Part shown: one piece after another, positions 33,442 through 38,604 of the stretch | How positions within the stretch are numbered: the first letter of the stretch is position 1 | Layout of the letters: the number at the start of each line of letters is the position of its first letter | DNA from: Octopus bimaculoides | Taxonomy: Eukaryota | Assembly: GCF_001194135.2 (NCBI RefSeq) | Contig: NC_068985.1 | Coordinates: 29,699,203-29,737,806, forward strand | Direction: 5' to 3' | DNA length: 38,604 bases | Made by a program: the position numbers and the translations under genes | The notes under the pieces: generated by a model | Database searches by the model: none | Seen by the model: the letters and a program-made list of their open reading frames with translations, nothing else | What the model was told of the DNA's origin: nothing

Positions 33442-36043
33442 GCGAATATGGAAGCAAGTTAGAATTTCAAGGCAAACATACCGTCCAGTCGAGAAATTTC
33501 AAAGAGTTTTAAACGTAGGAGCGAAAAATTAAATGTCTGTTTTCATATTCTCGTCCGTAAAAACATCAGCCACATCCACAATTAAGCTGAAACGATGCAC
33601 ATGGGCTCTAACCCCAGTTTTGAAAATTGAACATTAGCACAATGATGTTCACGTACACTATATGCGAAATCTCCACCCCAGCCAGGACGTCATAACACTC
33701 ATCAAAGTATGATAAATGAGTTTATAAGACAACACATTAATGCATGGATTGTCTGCAAAAGAGAATCAAATTTTCCTTTAATAAAAAGGGCAAATTCAAT
33801 CATTTGTGGAAAATTTAGAACGTTTTCAAAGAATGCAATGTACAGTAAGTACGTGGCCAATCGGTGTCGAGCTCATCTTTTAGTTCAGAGAAAGACAGCT
33901 GTAGTCTTAGTGAGGTCATAAAATTAGCAAAGCCAACACGATCAGCTCACAAAGAACAAACACCTAATCATCCACCACCATTTCAAATAAAACTTGAAGC
34001 GACCGAAGCCGATCATTTGTGGGATGATTTTCGGTTTGTTTCTGCTGTATTTTGCCGAGCAAAATATTCCTTTTATACACTATTAAAGCTACTCTGTACT
34101 GAATTGTTTAACCAGGTAGTAGCATAGAAATTTAACCAATCTGCTGGCTACTGATGTGAAGAAATTTAGAATTTCTGAGCACTGTAGCATTCAGGGAACG
34201 TCTTTCAGTTCGTTTGCAACATACGACTAAAAACTTTAATGTTATTTTCAGAATTTCATCCTTAAACCCAGAGACTAGATCACAACACCTAATCATCCAG
34301 CACGAGTTCAAGCAAATCAGAACCAACCGAAACAAGCATTATTTAAGGCCTGTTTCTGCTGTATTTTGCTGAGAAAAAATAAATTTTTTTTATCGACTGG
34401 CTAGTTTAATATTAGAGATTTCGAAGCAATCATTAGAGACCATTAGCAATATATGTTTATAAAGAATCAACAAGTGATATGTTCTGAAAACTAGATACAA
34501 GTAAAAAGAAAAACGATATGAAAATAAATTTAGAACTTCGTAGCAAGACAAATAGGTCAACGAAAGATAACAGGTCAATGCACGAATAACAAATCGAGAG
34601 TCCTCATTTACAGAGTCTTGTCCGTAAAAATCACGAGGCCAGACCGTAACCTTGAGGCCAGATCGAACGATACACTTGGGTTCTGTATATCTCAGTTTTG
34701 AAAGTGGAGCATTAGTGCAATGCCATCCACATACACCATATGCGACATCTCTTCCAAAGCTAAGACGTCATAACGCTCGTCAAAAGGTAAAGTATGATAA
34801 AAGAATTACTTTACCAGATAACACCTTAATGCGTGGAATGTCTGCGAGTGTCAAATTTTTCTCCCATTTCAAATGGAAATTAATTTTTCTAAAATCTGGA
34901 ACGTTTTCAAAATAACCACCGCACAGCTCCCGGTCGATCAGCTCATTTTTTGTAAAGAGAAAGACAGCAGTAATTTCAGTGAAGTAATGAAACCCGCGAG
35001 CCTTCTCGAACAGATTACGAAGAACGAGTGTCTAATCATCCACCACTAGTTCAACGAAAATCTGAACCAACTGAAATAAGTATGCATTTGTGTTGTCAGT
35101 TGGGGTTTCTTTCTGCTAGAATTTGGACAAAATATTAATTTTTATACACCATTGTACCCAATGACTTGTTTCACCAGCTAATAGCACAGCAATTTAACCA
35201 ATCTACTTGCTAACGATGCGATGGATGCAATACATGATGACCTGGGGATTAACATTCATCTTCAATTTGCTAAATGGAGTCTATACAGAAACCTGTTAAA
35301 CAGCTCTGTAGAAGTAGTCATTTGAGAACGTTAAAATAGAATTTAATAAATTTACATGTACTAGTTTCTGAAAACTATGAATAAGGAAAATAAAGAAAAC
35401 GAATCTAGAAGAAATTTAGAATCTCTAAGCAATATGCTGTTCAGTCAACGACTTTTAAATTGTTCTAAAACGTACGAGTGAAAATTTTAGTGTAACTTTC
35501 AAATTCTCGTCAGTAATAATTTTGAAATTAGATCATGATATTAAGACTAGACAATCCATTCAGTTCAAACGCCATATGCGAAATCTCCACCCCAGCTTGA
35601 ATGTCAAAGTTCCTCAAATTTAAAGAGTGATAAAGGAATTACCAGCCAATGCATGCACTGTCTGCAAAAGTGATTAAAACAGCTCTTTTATGGAAGAAAA
35701 TTCATTTAAAATCTAGAACGTTTTGAAAATAGCACCGCACTGGACTCGGTCGATCACCAAGATGAACTGTCACTAAACGCAAAGACAGGAAGAAAATAAT
35801 ATATATACCCCTTAAAGCGGATCTGGGTTATTCTTCCGCTGAACTACTGTAAGGAGTACCCTGATTGCCTGGCCAGATGTTGGCATTAACGGTAACGTCA
35901 ACCCACGATCTTTCCCTCTACGTCGACCGATAGAATCACATGTTTTCTTAGAATTCAATGCAAGCCTAGAGAGTGTGGTACTTATGTCAAATCTACCTAA
36001 ATATTACCTTTAACAAAGCAATCCCTTGGGGAAAAAAAATCAA

Positions 36044-36205
36044 AATAACATCAGCAAAAAAATAGCTTAGGAATGAGAACAGAGTACCCATTAGTCAAAG
36101 GGTTGAATTCGAAATTCCACCAGAAAACTTGAAGGTTGGATAATACATCAGCCGAAACATAACAAGGTGAGGACATCTATCCGTCCATTGTAAATATACA
36201 TAATT
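36044..36205 (+). mobile_element. Second copy of the Penelope-type tail (no tRNA head, hammerhead 5' box eroded)
   Basis: AATAACATC..CTTAGGAATGAGAA..TTCGAAATT..TGA-A-GGTTGG-ataataca-TCAGCC-GAAAC (36130-36158). Confidence 0.75.
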
Positions 36206-38119
36206 GCTCCTCTCAAAAATATAGAATAGTAAAAATAGGAGTCAAAATCCTCAATTTGGAGGATTTGGTGCTCATTCGTCAATGATTCTTAGTTACAGAT
36301 CAGAGAATCCTTCTGTGCTGATGGAACGTCAGTTAGGCATTGACAATATTTGCTATTGACCATCGATTATGGTACATGTCTAAATCAGCCGCTATTCCTA
36401 AAAAAACTCGATACTTAATACAAAATGACAACTGCATCACTATAATGTTCCTTTATTGCTCTTTGTCGCTAGTTATTAACCAACCTTGTTAGCCACGTAA
36501 GTAGTTCTTAGGATGCTACAATAACCATAGTTGACCTCATGACAGTTCATATGAAGACATCATCTAAGAATGGAGTCTTGTTTGCAATGCTCATGCATTA
36601 AGAGGTTTAACACTCCCTTGTTTAACTGGTACGCCACTGATTAAGCCTTTCGAATTAAGGGAGCAAAACAAAGCAAAGGATTGGACTTGTGGATCACAGG
36701 TCACACAATACACAAGTGTCAGAAATACAAGAACTAAAACAGGTCATGTGAACATTAAAAGTATTCCACCTATATCACCTCCATCCCACTCGAGTTTAAA
36801 ATAATTGTTACTAAGATTACAAATTGTCGAATCATTTTATTGAAAATATATAAATTCGCTATCTACTGCAATTAATAACTCCACGAGCCAACGAGAGAGC
36901 CTATCCATGCTAGAAATATCTACATTTCCGAGATAAAATAAAGAAAAGGACACGGTGGATAAAGTCTTAGATACACTGCTAGCAGATAGATGAAAAAAAA
37001 CGAAAAGAGACGGTCTTGTCTGGAATACTTAATCATAAATCTACTTCATCTGACCCGAGCTAAACAATATCTAGTGTTGAAGAAAATAGCTTATTTTTAA
37101 TTTCATGAGCCCTTGGAAATCAAAATTTAGATATAGATTTATTACAACACCATCCTGTTTATATTTGTGAAGTTCCAGTATATGTTATAGTTGATAAATA
37201 TTTTACATATACCCGAGTTCATACTGTTTAATGAAAGGTGATGCCTGATTTAGAATAATTATGTTCAATAGACATTCCAGGCCTAACCAGTTTTTGCAGT
37301 ACATCAGACGACACTATCGTATCCTTTCAAGACGGCAGGGTGTGATTTGAAATTTAGTTGCTTTATCTAGCAGATCACGTGATCAGTTGATCGTTGGCTC
37401 GTATTTATGTTTATATTTACTACGTGGCACGTTAGACATTTTTCAAAATATTTACCATGAAGCCAAAACCACATTCGCACATGATTGCGAGTGACTTGGT
37501 AACATGTAACAGGCTTTCACTGACTGTTTTAGGCGCTTCTATAGTCGTGAGCAGGCAAGAACCCTCTCGGCCCTCCTACATTTGACCAGTGGAAAAACAA
37601 GTGTGATGTTGGGGAAGCAAGCAAAAATCGACCAGAACAAACGAGCGTCTAAAGTTAACTAAAAACCCGAAGAGAGATGAGTAACATGTTCATGGCTTTT
37701 TCCAAACATCACCATCAATGCCATCTAAAAAATTTCAGTACGGTTTCAAATCTGAATACCCTGGATTTTAATCTGTATACTCTAAATTTTTTTTTTCAGT
37801 GGAAAGACATGTCACTAAGGATGGGAGGTGGGGGCACCAGAGAGAAATGGGTCAGCAAGTATCCCCTACCGTGTGCACCCCATCACCTTAACCACTTGAT
37901 TTAAGAAATCAAATGAAATCTAGTTTTCCTGTAATATCAAAACAAATACAATAGATTAAACGTACTTGGAGGGGTTTATAAAATATTAGGTTGACAATAC
38001 GAAGAATAGCCTGAGAACGTTTGCTGATACTTAGGTGTTTACAACTAGATTTGAATTCGCAAGAAATCCTTATTTTTAGGACAAATCCAGGAATTTTTTG
38101 ATATGGAGATCAATTCTGT

Positions 38120-38260
38120 TACATGAACCCCCAGTACTCAACTGATATTTTATCAACTCCGAAAGTATGAAAGGCAAAGTCAACTTCGGCGCAATTTGAA
38201 TTCAGAACCAGATGAAACGGTGCTAAGCATTGTATCCGGCGCTCTAACGATTCTGCCAGC
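38120..38260 (-). mobile_element. tRNA-derived SINE (same family as 22.5 kb)
   Basis: ATGAAAGGCAAAGTCAACTTCGGCGCAATTTGAATTCAGAAC..CTAACGATTCTGCCAGC is the reverse complement of the core, B box and A box. Confidence 0.88.
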
Positions 38261-38379
38261 AAAGAATAAATAGAAAATGTTTAAGATATTTTAAATGAAT
38301 TTGCATTCAAAATCTTTTCAGAGATTTAACAAGTCTGATGTACTATGGTCAAGGTGAATACAGCTCACTCAGGTATGTG

Positions 38380-38604
38380 TGGTATGACGTCAGTGTCTGG
38401 GGAGGCTGACCGGAAGGGCGAGTCGACCGGAAGGGGAAACAGGGCAGAGGGAGCCTCGATCGGCGTTCGTGCCCTTTTCGAACGGGGCTGCGGTCAGGAC
38501 AAGACGTGTTAAGCGACGGTCTAGGTTTGGGAAGGTTTGGGAGAAGCAGCTGCTATACCTGGTGTACCTTGGGTCGGGGCAAGCTTCAAGGATCGGATAC
38601 CGCA
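38380..38604. promoter_or_regulatory. GC/CpG-rich island at window edge with CRE and tandem ETS-like motifs
   Basis: TGACGTCA (38385-38392), GACCGGAAGG at 38408 and 38425, and an abrupt GC rise. It could instead be a retroelement 5' end. Confidence 0.4.

Larger units (their letters stand above)
28170..35760 (+). repeat. Diverged, rearranged tandem array of a ~0.8-1.1 kb non-coding unit (at least 6-7 full or partial copies), interrupted by other insertions and gaps
   Basis: Marker ATGCATGGAC/TTGTCTG at 28202, 30865, 31297, 31659, 33740, 34829 and 35649. AATTTAACCAATCT at 32051, 34129 and 35191. TGCGAAATCTCCACCC at 31581, 33663 and 35577. Marker order is conserved. Confidence 0.9.

Noticed and set aside
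31722-34127. Paralogous ORFs 31722-32024 and 33864-34127 as a small gene family
   Set aside because: The similarity is simply that of the DNA repeat unit. Starts are non-ATG or inconsistent, and other copies contain indels and stops.
28170-35760. CRISPR-like array
   Set aside because: The context is eukaryotic, the units are long and diverged, there are no fixed short repeats with unique spacers, and no cas genes are present.

Overview
AT-rich, intron-containing animal genomic DNA with seven N gaps. It is probably a coleoid cephalopod such as Octopus; this is inferred from the dense TA/TG microsatellites, the tRNA-derived SINE family and the C2H2 gene. The only confidently supported protein-coding gene is a single-ORF C2H2 zinc-finger gene (+, 19695-21953, 752 aa). 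It has 11 fingers, including an internally duplicated 4-finger block, followed by an RG tract, an acidic tract and a basic C-terminus. The rest is mostly transposon debris: a pogo/Tc2-type deletion derivative, a TTAA piggyBac-type MITE, a CR1/Jockey-group LINE, two RTE LINEs, Penelope fragments, many SINEs and Helentron-like termini. Four observations stand out. (1) A Penelope-type unit carries a tRNA-like A/B-box head upstream of a decayed hammerhead-ribozyme core. (2) A rearranged, diverged ~0.9-kb tandem repeat array spans 28.2-35.8 kb. (3) A sharp CpG-depleted to CpG-retaining transition near 15.8 kb coincides with an X-box/CCAAT motif cluster and suggests an unseen gene to the left. (4) The zinc-finger array is duplicated internally. 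All calls come from manual reading and no database searches were run.
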